Made by a program: the position numbers and the translations under genes. Shown piece after piece: positions 51,732 through 61,257 of a stretch of DNA of 64,000 nt. Numbering within the stretch: the stretch's first letter is position 1; the number at the start of each line of letters is the position of its first letter. The notes beneath the pieces are model-generated. The model was not told the DNA's origin and ran no database searches. It saw only the letters and a program-made list of their open reading frames with translations. This DNA comes from a virus (Duplodnaviria > Heunggongvirae > Uroviricota > Caudoviricetes), in IMG/VR virus record IMGVR_UViG_3300031998_000001, positions 173,064-237,063 of that record; one strand, 5' to 3'.

Positions 51732-52649
51732 ATGATACGCATTAAAAGGATAGATGACTTCATCAACGAAAACCATAATATCGACAACAAGAGAACATTA
51801 AACGAAAATAAACCCGTTGATGCAAATATACGAATTTTTAACGATATGCCGTCAGATAACACAAATGACTTTCGTCCTGTGCAATTAGGATTGGATGGTG
51901 TACGAAAAATAATGAAAAGACCAAAAGTTAAAAAAATATTAGAAAAATATAAATGTGTTGCTGACTGTTCACCTTCCTGCGGTTGGGTAGAATTAGTATT
52001 ATTGTTTGATAATAAAGAAAATGATATTGAGAAAGTATATGAGTCATTTCAAAATATGTTGCACGAACTTGATTTGAATACAGAACTGTATATTGATACC
52101 GAAATATCCAATAACATAGCATTCAAAGGAAAGAAAGTATATCAGTGCTTTCATCACGAATATAAGGATATGGAATATTATATTAAACACGGATACGAAT
52201 GGTCAAGTTATAAAGGATTGGAAAACATTATAAACGATTTCACAAATATACACGGAAAAGAAAATACAAATTGCTTATATTGCTGTTGGGCAGAAAAATC
52301 ACCTAATAAGAAAGAATATGGATTCAGCGATACGGATATACTTAACTACGCAAAATCCTATATTGAAAAACGATACCCGAAGTTTGAAATTGAATTATTA
52401 AATGGAAAAAGAAGTTATGATACAAAATCCTATAATGCGTTTGTCGTAAGTTATAAAGGATATAAAGACAAATTCGGAGGTCAGGCTGGGAGTTTTGTTG
52501 TCGAATTTATAAAAGGTGGAACGGAAGATGAAATGAATACTTACAGATTAAGTGTGCGTGCGCCGTTGGGTGGTGAATATAAAGATAAAATTAACATTGA
52601 TAACTGGAAAGAAACAATAAACGAAGCAATAGACTGGCTTTGCAATTAG
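51732..52649 (+). CDS. HIKRINE-tagged AT-rich protein
   Basis: Starts MIRIKRIDDFINE; TATAAATA at 51701, 31 nt upstream. Confidence 0.65.
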   Translation: MIRIKRIDDFINENHNIDNKRTLNENKPVDANIRIFNDMPSDNTNDFRPVQLGLDGVRKIMKRPKVKKILEKYKCVADCSPSCGWVELVLLFDNKENDIEKVYESFQNMLHELDLNTELYIDTEISNNIAFKGKKVYQCFHHEYKDMEYYIKHGYEWSSYKGLENIINDFTNIHGKENTNCLYCCWAEKSPNKKEYGFSDTDILNYAKSYIEKRYPKFEIELLNGKRSYDTKSYNAFVVSYKGYKDKFGGQAGSFVVEFIKGGTEDEMNTYRLSVRAPLGGEYKDKINIDNWKETINEAIDWLCN

Positions 52650-52654
52650 TCAAT

Positions 52655-53455
52655 ATGATGGAAAGCGAAATAAGGAAGATACAGTATGTGAGCGACCTGC
52701 ACTTGGAGTTTAAGACGAACTCGGCATACATAAAGGACAACCCGCTCGAAGTTGCGGGCGATGTGCTTCTCATTGCGGGCGACACGGCATACCTCGACAA
52801 CCCGATGTCAAATCAGGACTACTACTCGAAGCACGAGTTCTGGGACTGGGCGAGCGAGAACTACAGGGAGGTGGTGGTGTGCTTCGGCAACCACGACTTC
52901 TACGGCTACTACGACCTCTCGGCGATGAAGGACGGGTATGCGAAGCAGATAAGACCGAATGTAACCGCATACTACAACGGTGTGGCGCATCTCGGAAACG
53001 CCGATGTCATAGTATCTACGCTCTGGGCGCACATAGACGATGACAAGGCGTATATGACGGAGAGGAGCGTAAACGACTTCTACCGCATAATGTACGGCAA
53101 CCACAGGCTTACAGCCGAGAACTTCAATGCCGAGCACGAGAAGTGCGTGAAGTTCATAGAGAATGCCGTCAGGGAAAGCACGGCAAGAACGAAGATAATA
53201 CTCACGCACCACGTCCCTACGCCCCTCTGCACTGCGGAGGAGTTCAAGGGGAGCACGATAAACGGGGCTTTCACGGCAGACCTTACCGATATGATTGCCG
53301 AACTCGGTGCGGACTGGTGGGTGTACGGGCACTCCCACAGGAACATAGATGTAACGGTCGGCAACACGAAGGTCGTGTCCAACCAACTCGGCTATGTCGG
53401 GTACGGGGAGCATATCAAGAACGGATTTTCCAGAAATGCAATCATAGAAATTTAG
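52655..53455 (+). CDS. calcineurin-like metallophosphoesterase
   Basis: SDLHLE, IAGD, GNHD, THH, GHSH. Confidence 0.9.
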   Translation: MMESEIRKIQYVSDLHLEFKTNSAYIKDNPLEVAGDVLLIAGDTAYLDNPMSNQDYYSKHEFWDWASENYREVVVCFGNHDFYGYYDLSAMKDGYAKQIRPNVTAYYNGVAHLGNADVIVSTLWAHIDDDKAYMTERSVNDFYRIMYGNHRLTAENFNAEHEKCVKFIENAVRESTARTKIILTHHVPTPLCTAEEFKGSTINGAFTADLTDMIAELGADWWVYGHSHRNIDVTVGNTKVVSNQLGYVGYGEHIKNGFSRNAIIEI

Positions 53456-53463
53456 GGATTTTT

Positions 53464-53492
53464 CTGAAATTATAATAAATAGCCAATATATT
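53464..53492 (+). promoter_or_regulatory. CTGAAA-N17-TATATT promoter (copy 12)
   Basis: Strict motif upstream of ATG 53518. Confidence 0.8.
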
Positions 53493-54129
53493 AGTGTTGG
53501 AAAGGAAACAACAACTAATGGCTGAAAGGAAAAAATACTACCTGATTGACGAGAAGATGCTCGGTGCTATCGCGGAGGTCTATGACTTCGCGCAGGCATA
53601 CAGCGAGTACCACATATCGGACGAGAAGGTCGAGGAGTATGACGACGAGGGCAACCCGATAATGACGGATGCCGAGATGCTCGCGGAGAAACTCCCAGTC
53701 ATAAGGGAACTGTTCGGCAGGCAGCCGTACACGCCCCCGAAGGTTACAGCGAAGAAGATATACACGGCGGACACGGAAAGCGAAGCCGTAAAATCGTATG
53801 CCGAGACGGTGGCGTACAGGTCTGCGGAGCGCGTCAACCCGAACTACAAGTATTGCGTGGTCGATAGCGAGGTGGGAGAGTGCTGGCTCACGGACGACAT
53901 CGGAAGTGCAATGGAGAAGGCGAAGACGCTTTCGCTGTGCGGGGGCAAGACCTGCAACAGCAGGGACTGGTATGTATTGAACATCTGCAAGGTGAATGAC
54001 GGCACATACAAGACATTCTACGAGTGCCTGTATATGGACGGAGAGTATCGCGACAAGCCGAGATATGACTTCCTGCACTACTTCTACATTGCACGCCGTT
54101 GCGGGGACAGTATATTTAAGATATAGGAT

Positions 54130-54555
54130 ATGAAAGATGAAGCACTATACACGACAAAGGAACAGAGCGACGCTCTCGTGAAGGCTGGCTTGAAGCCGTC
54201 CACTGCGGATATGCACTACAAGGACTATTTCAATGACGGCGGCTGGTGCGCCTCCCTGTGCTATGACGAGGATGACGCGAAGAACGGCGGGGACAGGTAT
54301 GCACCCTGCTGGTCTGGGGCTAACCTGTTCGCCCTCCTGCCAAAGAAGGTCTATGACGACGAGTTCTTCTACCCGATTGCGATGGAAGTTCCAGATGACG
54401 GCAAGGCTGTGCTCATTGAATATGAGTTCCTCGTATCGTTCGACGGCGAATCGCTCACGGAGGCACTGTGCAATGCGATGCTGTGGGTGCTGGAAAACAC
54501 GGAGGCAAAAGAGGATGGCATTTATGTAAAGGATACGATATATGACAAGAAGTGA
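54130..54555 (+). CDS. 'TTxEQ...TADM...PCW' family protein
   Basis: TTKEQSDALVKAG...TADMHY...PCWSGANL. Confidence 0.65.
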   Translation: MKDEALYTTKEQSDALVKAGLKPSTADMHYKDYFNDGGWCASLCYDEDDAKNGGDRYAPCWSGANLFALLPKKVYDDEFFYPIAMEVPDDGKAVLIEYEFLVSFDGESLTEALCNAMLWVLENTEAKEDGIYVKDTIYDKK

Positions 54556-54897
54556 ACTTACGGACTTTTATAGCAACGGCTACATATTCCAAGCGAAGTG
54601 GTGCAACCTCCACAGGATGATAATAAACGGCGAACTTGTGGGTGAGAGCCTTCACCTTGCGGTGTGGATACGCAGGGACTGCATACAGGAGTTTGCCGAA
54701 ATGCTCGGCTTGAATTATCTTGCCGACCACCCGCTTCCCTGCACTATGGTTGGCGGGGGCGCAATCTGCATAACTAATTTTGATGATGTCTGTGAGTGGT
54801 TCGGCATTGACGCGGAGGAGATATTCCCGAAGGACGAATGCACCGACATCGAGACGAACTGACAAGCGTTCCATTTTAATTGATTTATATTCTTTTT

Positions 54898-54933
54898 GCA
54901 AGCCCGTGCCTCCCAAGTGCGGGCTTGCTTTTT
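54898..54933 (+). terminator. intrinsic terminator ending the accessory transcript
   Basis: gcaagcccg / cgggcttgc plus T5. Confidence 0.75.
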
Positions 54934-54957
54934 CCTGTGCCTGTCGGAACACCGACA

Positions 54958-54965
54958 TATAAATA
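54958..54965 (+). promoter_or_regulatory. T4-type late promoter TATAAATA(AGTTATATATA)
   Basis: Directly after the terminator, upstream of probable structural genes. Confidence 0.75.
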
Positions 54966-54997
54966 AGTTATATATAGTATAATTGAACGGACTTTAT

Positions 54998-56359
54998 ATG
55001 GCAATCATAGTGACACCGAATATGATGAGCGGAAGCACGGTCTATACGACGACGACCAATGTCGTCCAGCAGACCGTGCAGAACACCAACCCGTACCTGA
55101 AGTCCTGCAACGGTCAGGCTTGCACTGGCTACACTGCGGTCACAAAGTGCGGGATAGACATCTGGCAGGGCGTAAGGGCGTGCCAGACGATATACCTCAT
55201 CGACAAGGAGGGAAACCTTGTCGATACGGACAGGCTCGACTATGTGAATGTGACCATAGAGAACATATTCGGGTGCAATGTGTACTGGTTCGACAGCCGC
55301 GGGACGGAGGACACCAACCCCATCGAGTTCCTGCAAGGCAAGTTCGACGGGGAGATGCTCCGTATCAATGCGGACAACTTCAACGACATAATGTTCGGCT
55401 CGAACTCCCCGATGTTCGATGTTGACGAGGACAGCATATTCCTTGAGAACGGAAGGATAAGGGTGGTGTCCGAAAACTGCTCCACCCCGTTCATAACCGT
55501 CCCCCTCGAATACTCCGAGCACATAGGGGTAACGCTCAATATCGCTGGCGGAGGCGGAGGCTCGTCAAGCGGAAGTGGAAGCGGGACTGAACCCGTGCCG
55601 ACAACCATACCGAAACTCGTTATGCGTGCGAACGGCTCGCCCAACATAGTCCGCTCTGGCGAAACCACCGAACTCATAATACTCACGGAGAGCGAGGACG
55701 GGTGCGTGCTTGAGTTCGGGCTTGACGGGAAGGGGGACTTCATACTTGATGATATGGTGTTCACCACGAATGCGGGCGTGAGCAACAAGGGCGCGATAAG
55801 GATATGCTTCGAGGACTACGAGACGAGGGAACTCGTGCCTTCGGTGCTTACCGCGACCGTGATGTTCAAGTTCAAGGACGACGATGAGGTCGAGCAAGGC
55901 TCCGTGCAGGTCGTCAAGTGCGTTCCAATCGGGACGGTAAGGAAGAACACTATGCTTGACGACGGGAACGACACGCCCGTCATAAGCCACAAGGTCAGAC
56001 CAGAGCACATAGAGTACGACAACTCGAAGTCGGGGCTTGAATCGACCAATATGGCGGATGCCACTATGGAGATAAAGGGCAAGGTTGACAGGAGCGCGGG
56101 AAAGACAAGATATGAAGGCGAGTATTCCTGCTCGTATGACGGGGAGAGGAAAAGATACTTCTGGGATGTGAAGCACGACCTCAACCTCCACCTCACAACC
56201 CACGCCAACGGTGAAGTCCGTGCGCTCGGAACAAGGGTGTCGATATTCGGGGGAGGAAGCGTCCCAGCGGAAGGCGAGGTCGAGCATATCGACCAGAACA
56301 GGCTTACCGTCTGGTTCACCGAGTGCGTAAACGGAAGGATAATAATAGAAATCTTATAG
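54998..56359 (+). CDS. probable virion structural protein
   Basis: Late promoter, beta-rich acidic composition, Gly/Ser linker GGGGGSSSGSGSG, adjacent to the neck gene. Confidence 0.5.
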   Translation: MAIIVTPNMMSGSTVYTTTTNVVQQTVQNTNPYLKSCNGQACTGYTAVTKCGIDIWQGVRACQTIYLIDKEGNLVDTDRLDYVNVTIENIFGCNVYWFDSRGTEDTNPIEFLQGKFDGEMLRINADNFNDIMFGSNSPMFDVDEDSIFLENGRIRVVSENCSTPFITVPLEYSEHIGVTLNIAGGGGGSSSGSGSGTEPVPTTIPKLVMRANGSPNIVRSGETTELIILTESEDGCVLEFGLDGKGDFILDDMVFTTNAGVSNKGAIRICFEDYETRELVPSVLTATVMFKFKDDDEVEQGSVQVVKCVPIGTVRKNTMLDDGNDTPVISHKVRPEHIEYDNSKSGLESTNMADATMEIKGKVDRSAGKTRYEGEYSCSYDGERKRYFWDVKHDLNLHLTTHANGEVRALGTRVSIFGGGSVPAEGEVEHIDQNRLTVWFTECVNGRIIIEIL

Positions 56360-56360
56360 T

Positions 56361-57221
56361 ATGGCTTTTGATTGCGGAAACATAGAGCAGCAGGAGTGCC
56401 TCAACGAGTTCATCGGGCGGGTGCAGAAGTATATGACGCTTAACTGCCAGATGCCCTTCACCCTGCCAGTGCCGAGCATAGCCCTCATAACGGACGAGAG
56501 CAAAAAGTGGTTCTACAACCACTATGACGACTCGGTGGAGGAGCAGTACATAGCGTGCGACCCGAAGGTGTTGCACAGCGACGAGTTCAGGCTCGGACTC
56601 ACCAACAGGGGCAATATGGACGGGAACGCGATAAGGAAGGATGCGACCAAGACGGACAGGGGCGTGATAGTTATGCCCGACAATGTGTTCAGCGTAATCC
56701 GTGTCTATCAGATTGGCAAGTTCAGCGGTGAGGCTGGCTGGGGCGGTATGTTCAATGTCGATGCCGACAACATAGACTTCGGCGTAAGGCGTATGTTCTC
56801 GTCCCAGATGTACTACTCTGGGGTAGGTCAGTCAGCAGACACCCTGCTGTGGTGGACTTGCAACTTGAGTTACTACGATATGGCTCGTTCAATGCTACAG
56901 GAGATGCACACATTCTCGTACAACCGCCTCACGCACAAGGTTCGCTTCGGGGGCGAACTCCCGACAAGGGCTGTGGTCTTTGAAGTCCTCACCACGATAG
57001 AGGACTGCCAGTTGTTTCAGGACGACCTGTTCTTCCGCTATGTCTGCGCACAATGTATGAGGCAGATAGAGAGGTTGCTCTCGACATTCAGTTTTTCGCT
57101 GCCGGGCAATGTGCAGATTAACACGAGCGTCTATACATCTTGGGGCGAGGCGGAACTTCAGGACATCAAGGAGGAAATCAAGCAGTCGAGAAGCAGTGTA
57201 AGTTACTTCTTCACGACATAG
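56361..57221 (+). CDS. T4 gp13-like neck protein
   Basis: MPDNVFSV; C-terminal LPGNVQIN...EAELQDIKEEIK resembles the gp13 LPGGV...E..L.EEL pattern. Confidence 0.65.
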   Translation: MAFDCGNIEQQECLNEFIGRVQKYMTLNCQMPFTLPVPSIALITDESKKWFYNHYDDSVEEQYIACDPKVLHSDEFRLGLTNRGNMDGNAIRKDATKTDRGVIVMPDNVFSVIRVYQIGKFSGEAGWGGMFNVDADNIDFGVRRMFSSQMYYSGVGQSADTLLWWTCNLSYYDMARSMLQEMHTFSYNRLTHKVRFGGELPTRAVVFEVLTTIEDCQLFQDDLFFRYVCAQCMRQIERLLSTFSFSLPGNVQINTSVYTSWGEAELQDIKEEIKQSRSSVSYFFTT

Positions 57222-57260
57222 GCTATAAATATAAATAAGTTGTATATAATTCGATTTGTT

Positions 57261-57668
57261 ATGGTACACATTAAAAGAATAAACGAAATGGCAAGCGCAA
57301 CCCCGCGCGTAAAGGGGCAAAGGGAAAGCATAGAACCGTATCTTGTGGACGGCGCGGTATTGGTGATTGAAAATGCAACCACCGAACGCAATCGGACAGA
57401 CGAGAGCATTACAACGGTTGACACCCGCAACAGGTTTGGTGTTGCATTTATGTATGACAGAAATACTATGTGCTTTTATAATGATTTTGATGAAAACTTG
57501 GAGTGCAGTGGTATTAGCGAACACAATGAATGGCTTACTGGCTATATAAGAAGAATTACAAGGGTGTATGCACCGCACGAAGATATGAGCAAAGAACAAG
57601 TTGTAAAGACACAAGAACCCGTTTGGGTAAATCCAGACAATTCGCCGCTCGTACCGCCCAAGCCGTAG
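57261..57668 (+). CDS. HIKRINE-tagged protein
   Basis: Starts MVHIKRINEMA; tandem TATAAATA at 57224 and 57230 (31 nt upstream). Confidence 0.7.
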   Translation: MVHIKRINEMASATPRVKGQRESIEPYLVDGAVLVIENATTERNRTDESITTVDTRNRFGVAFMYDRNTMCFYNDFDENLECSGISEHNEWLTGYIRRITRVYAPHEDMSKEQVVKTQEPVWVNPDNSPLVPPKP

Positions 57669-57730
57669 CATAAGGTCAAGATGCATTTGAATTTAACGAT
57701 ATATGTAGGATATATATAATTTGATTGAAT

Positions 57731-58006
57731 ATGGCACACATTAAGAGAGTTGACGAGATGGCAGGCGCGAATATGTCTGCTTCGGACACAAAAAGGCGCG
57801 GTGTTGAACTGGCTAAACGCGCAAAGACATACTACGCTGGCGGGGATATGAAGAACGCTGGTCGGGTATGGAACGAGATATGCGACCTGTACAAAGGCGT
57901 GACGGGCATAGACGCTATGCGGGATATGCACGCGATTATGACTATGTTCACGGAAGACGAGGTATGCGGGATAACAAATTACCTGATGTCAAAGCAGTCG
58001 TACTAA
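57731..58006 (+). CDS. HIKRINE-tagged small helical protein
   Basis: Starts MAHIKRVDEMA; degenerate TATATGTA at 57700 (31 nt upstream). Confidence 0.65.
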   Translation: MAHIKRVDEMAGANMSASDTKRRGVELAKRAKTYYAGGDMKNAGRVWNEICDLYKGVTGIDAMRDMHAIMTMFTEDEVCGITNYLMSKQSY

Positions 58007-58010
58007 CGGT

Positions 58011-58613
58011 ATGAAGAACTACAGCATAAGGGAGAGCGTGGAAAAACTTTTCAAGGAGTACAAGAACCCGCAGATGATAGGGGCTGTGCTCTGGAAGGAC
58101 ATACAAGCCAATTATCCGCCGAATAAGGGCATTTTGCTACCGGGCAAACTCTATGTGCTCGGATACAAGAAAGACAGCAAAAAACTATACGATACGCGCC
58201 CGTACATACTTTGCTTCGGCGCGTGCGATGATGCCGACCCGACAGTCGTGTACGGGCTGGCTTGGCACTACATACCCCAGAAGATAAGGTGGCAGTTGGG
58301 CGAGTACATATTCGAGATGTTCGCTGGGAAGATTTCATCGGAGATAGAGAAGTATCCCGACATCGCGGACGCTCCCAAGCAGGACTTCGTAAAGGACTGC
58401 ATAAAGGAGACGGTGGTCCCCGCCCTCAAGAAAGTGAACCTGACGGGTGCGATACACAAGTACGATATGAAGAATATGATATACTGCTACGCCATAAACT
58501 ACAACAGGTTTCACTGGGTATTGTGCGACGAGAGCAACACATTCACCAACGGGACGATAGCCGATGCCCAGAAGTCGTTTCTCGAAAAGATGGCACGACC
58601 AGCGAAAAAATGA
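58011..58613 (+). CDS. T4 gp2-like DNA end protector protein
   Basis: PGKLYVLGY...YDTRPYI...GLAWHYIP..IR. Confidence 0.7.
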   Translation: MKNYSIRESVEKLFKEYKNPQMIGAVLWKDIQANYPPNKGILLPGKLYVLGYKKDSKKLYDTRPYILCFGACDDADPTVVYGLAWHYIPQKIRWQLGEYIFEMFAGKISSEIEKYPDIADAPKQDFVKDCIKETVVPALKKVNLTGAIHKYDMKNMIYCYAINYNRFHWVLCDESNTFTNGTIADAQKSFLEKMARPAKK

Positions 58614-58628
58614 CAGCACGGGCGATAT

Positions 58629-58761
58629 GAAATATAAATAAGTTATATATAACCAGACTGGATATGACACACATAATGAACTTCAGCGAATATACATCGC
58701 CAGCGGGCGCGATAACCGAATCCCTTACGCAGAGGTCTGCGATGATAAGGTTCAACAAGGC
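58629..58761 (+). repeat. 133-bp inverted repeat, left copy (late promoter plus first about 33 codons)
   Basis: Reverse complement of 60674-60806, with a 41-bp perfect core. Confidence 0.9.
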
Positions 58762-59659
58762 GTTCAGGATGTTCAGGGATTCCCTCGTGAAAGGTGACAA
58801 GGATATGTTCGTCTCGTCTATGGAGGCTCTCTCGAAGTTCCTTGAGGACTTGTACGGAGAGGTGCGTAACGAGAGGGAATGCAAGTGGAGCATTAAAACA
58901 TTTTTCTGGACAAGGGAGTATGAGTTCAACAGCAAAGGAAATATCATCAAGCAACCCGGTACGACCCTTAATTCGTTCAGTGCTTCTCCGATATGCAATT
59001 TCAATTATTATACGACAAACGGCTGGACAGTTTATGATGATAAGAACCATAAAGTTCCGTCCATTACATTTCGCTTTGAGTGGTGCGGGCTGGAAAAAAC
59101 CTCAAGCACTTATATGCTTTCTGGACATACGGTTTCCGTTACAGGGTACATTGACTGCTACAAGCAACAAAAATGTCATCAGGAAGATTTTTTCAAGGAT
59201 GTCGAAAGTCAGTTTATCAAACTGATAAAAACTGAAACCGAGCAAGCAAAGGCGGCTGGTGCGTTCGGGGAGGAAACGCTCAAGAGATACAATATGGTCG
59301 GTGTGACGGACTATGTTGGCTGGGTTGCCAAAAATGCGGTAGCGATATTGAAGTCCAACGGTCTTTATGACACCAGCAATTTCTATTCTGGCATTTCGCT
59401 GAACGATGTCGAATGTTATTTCTGGACTGGCGGACTGAAGGGGCTTAACGCCGACGGCATTACCTATTATGTCGGCGGGGACAGCACCGACGAGGAAGGC
59501 ATAATACCGTACAGCGATTGGAGGTCGGTGTCGAGATACCGCAAGTATTGCCCTCACGCCGAAGTTTACTGCGACATAGACTACGACAAGAAGCAGGAGT
59601 TCAGCAAGAAGATTTATGACTACATACTCAACTTGCTTAAAGAAGGAAAGTTGAAATAA
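58664..59659 (+). CDS. tagged protein, N-terminus shared with 60771(-)
   Basis: MTHIMNFSEYTSPAGAITESLTQRSA; TATAAATA 31 nt upstream. Confidence 0.7.
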   Translation: MTHIMNFSEYTSPAGAITESLTQRSAMIRFNKAFRMFRDSLVKGDKDMFVSSMEALSKFLEDLYGEVRNERECKWSIKTFFWTREYEFNSKGNIIKQPGTTLNSFSASPICNFNYYTTNGWTVYDDKNHKVPSITFRFEWCGLEKTSSTYMLSGHTVSVTGYIDCYKQQKCHQEDFFKDVESQFIKLIKTETEQAKAAGAFGEETLKRYNMVGVTDYVGWVAKNAVAILKSNGLYDTSNFYSGISLNDVECYFWTGGLKGLNADGITYYVGGDSTDEEGIIPYSDWRSVSRYRKYCPHAEVYCDIDYDKKQEFSKKIYDYILNLLKEGKLK

Positions 59660-59671
59660 CCGCAACAGGCA

Positions 59672-59727
59672 TAAAACAAACATCCCCCTTCGCTTATGAA
59701 CAAACGAGGGGGATGTTCTTTTTTTTT
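59672..59727. terminator. bidirectional terminator at the strand switch
   Basis: acatccccc..cg / cga.gggggatgt hairpin with flanking A-rich and T9 tracts between convergent genes. Confidence 0.8.
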
Positions 59728-59739
59728 CTGGTCGGCGGG

Positions 59740-60771
59740 CTAACTGCGTTTCGGAAAACTAACCGTCCACTTTTTTGTCGTGTCGTACTGCATTAACTTG
59801 TGACCGTTCTCGTCAATCTCATACTGGTTGGTGCTTACTGGGTCGCATATAAAATATGTAGGGGTGTCGCCCTTATAGCCATCGCTGGCGTATTCCACCC
59901 AATTTTTAAGGACGAGCCTGCCGTCGGTTAAATCGAGTATGTTGTACTTTCCGTTCTTCTTTACCCAGACGGTGTGCCTTCTGTCAGAAGGTGTCATACC
60001 GCCGTCGAACCACATATCCGTGGCATATTCGTTTTTCTTACAGTTATAATATGTGAGCATATTGTCAACCCTGACGCAAGTAATCCCGTTGCGATTGGGG
60101 TGCTTGTACGCATAGTCGAACACTTCCGTCCAGTAACTCTTGTTAGGAATGCTGTCGAGTCTTGCCAGTATGTCATAGAACTTTTGCGGAAGCCTGTCTT
60201 TCTTTGGCGTTTTGTAATTTTTCGACGGTCTTTGTGCGGGTATGAGTTCTATTTTCGTCCTTTCATATACAATCCTGTCGAACTGCTCCGTTATGCTGTC
60301 AAAAAGAACTTCTGGCTTGTCCTTGTCACATCTGATGTCCGATTTAACCTGAAATAGATATTCGCCACCCCGCCACTCAAACCAGAAATAAATCTTTGGC
60401 GCAACATCATCGCCATTGTAACTTTTTGTCGTGAGGGTATTGAAATCCGTTACTGGATATGTATCAAACACAATAGTGTCGATACGATGAGGTTTGCTGC
60501 CGACATTATATATATGCTCGTCTTCGTGCCAGCCAAAATAAACTTTTATGAAGCAGTCAATCTTCTTGCATTTCGTTTCATAAACATCTTCAAGCAAATC
60601 CGAAAAACTACCGATTGCCTTGTCAAACATATTCGTATCACCCTTCTCAAGAGAATGCTTCAATCCGTCCATTGCCCTGTCGAACCTCATCTTTGCAGAC
60701 CTCTGCGTAAGGGATTCGGTTATCGCGCCCGCTGGTGCTGTGTATTCGCTGAAGTTCATTATGTGTGTCAT
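59740..60771 (-). CDS. tagged protein, N-terminus shared with 58664
   Basis: MTHIMNFSEYTAPAGAITESLTQRSA; TATAAATA at 60795-60802, 31 nt upstream. Confidence 0.7.
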   Translation of the reverse strand: MTHIMNFSEYTAPAGAITESLTQRSAKMRFDRAMDGLKHSLEKGDTNMFDKAIGSFSDLLEDVYETKCKKIDCFIKVYFGWHEDEHIYNVGSKPHRIDTIVFDTYPVTDFNTLTTKSYNGDDVAPKIYFWFEWRGGEYLFQVKSDIRCDKDKPEVLFDSITEQFDRIVYERTKIELIPAQRPSKNYKTPKKDRLPQKFYDILARLDSIPNKSYWTEVFDYAYKHPNRNGITCVRVDNMLTYYNCKKNEYATDMWFDGGMTPSDRRHTVWVKKNGKYNILDLTDGRLVLKNWVEYASDGYKGDTPTYFICDPVSTNQYEIDENGHKLMQYDTTKKWTVSFPKRS

Positions 60772-60806
60772 ATCCAATTCAATTATATATAACTTATTTA
60801 TATTTC
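60674..60806 (-). repeat. 133-bp inverted repeat, right copy
   Basis: See 58629-58761. Confidence 0.9.
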
Positions 60807-60818
60807 CACGGGGCGAAT

Positions 60819-60856
60819 AAAAAAAATCAACCCAACCGCAGGCGCAGTCGGGCTGA
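60819..60856 (-). terminator. intrinsic terminator
   Basis: Minus strand tcagcccga...ttgggttga plus T8. Confidence 0.7.
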
Positions 60857-61257
60857 AGATTATTTAGTAAAAATGCGTCCTTTAATCAATCCTGAATATG
60901 TGGTAGCGCAGCACACAGCCCTGATATTCACTTGGTCATCTTGATTTCCATCCCCTTCAGTTCAGCATTGGATATTGCACGCGCCGATGTTATGTAGATG
61001 TCTTTGAGTTTCTTCACCTTGCTTATGCTGTCAACCAGACCGTCGAAGACTTGTTTGGAAATTTTTATAGGTTTCACCCACGAAGCAAAGATTGCCCTTG
61101 TCTGCTCACCGTTCTGGTCATATCCGACTCCAGTCTTGTTGCACCACCAGCAATCCTGTCCTCCCTGCCTGTCTTTCCGAAAATAGCCCTCAAAGACCAC
61201 CGTTTCAAGACTTCCGACTATGAGATTGTACTTCGTTTTCATTATATTGCGCCTTGT

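Noticed and set aside
1-59659. Numerous long minus-strand ORFs (e.g. 23430-24491, 15591-16448, 36138-37112)
   Set aside because: Antisense shadows of well-supported plus-strand genes, with no motifs or promoters.
58629-60806. Site-specific shufflon
   Set aside because: No recombinase nearby, and the repeats are long gene leaders rather than short crossover sites; only homologous inversion remains plausible.
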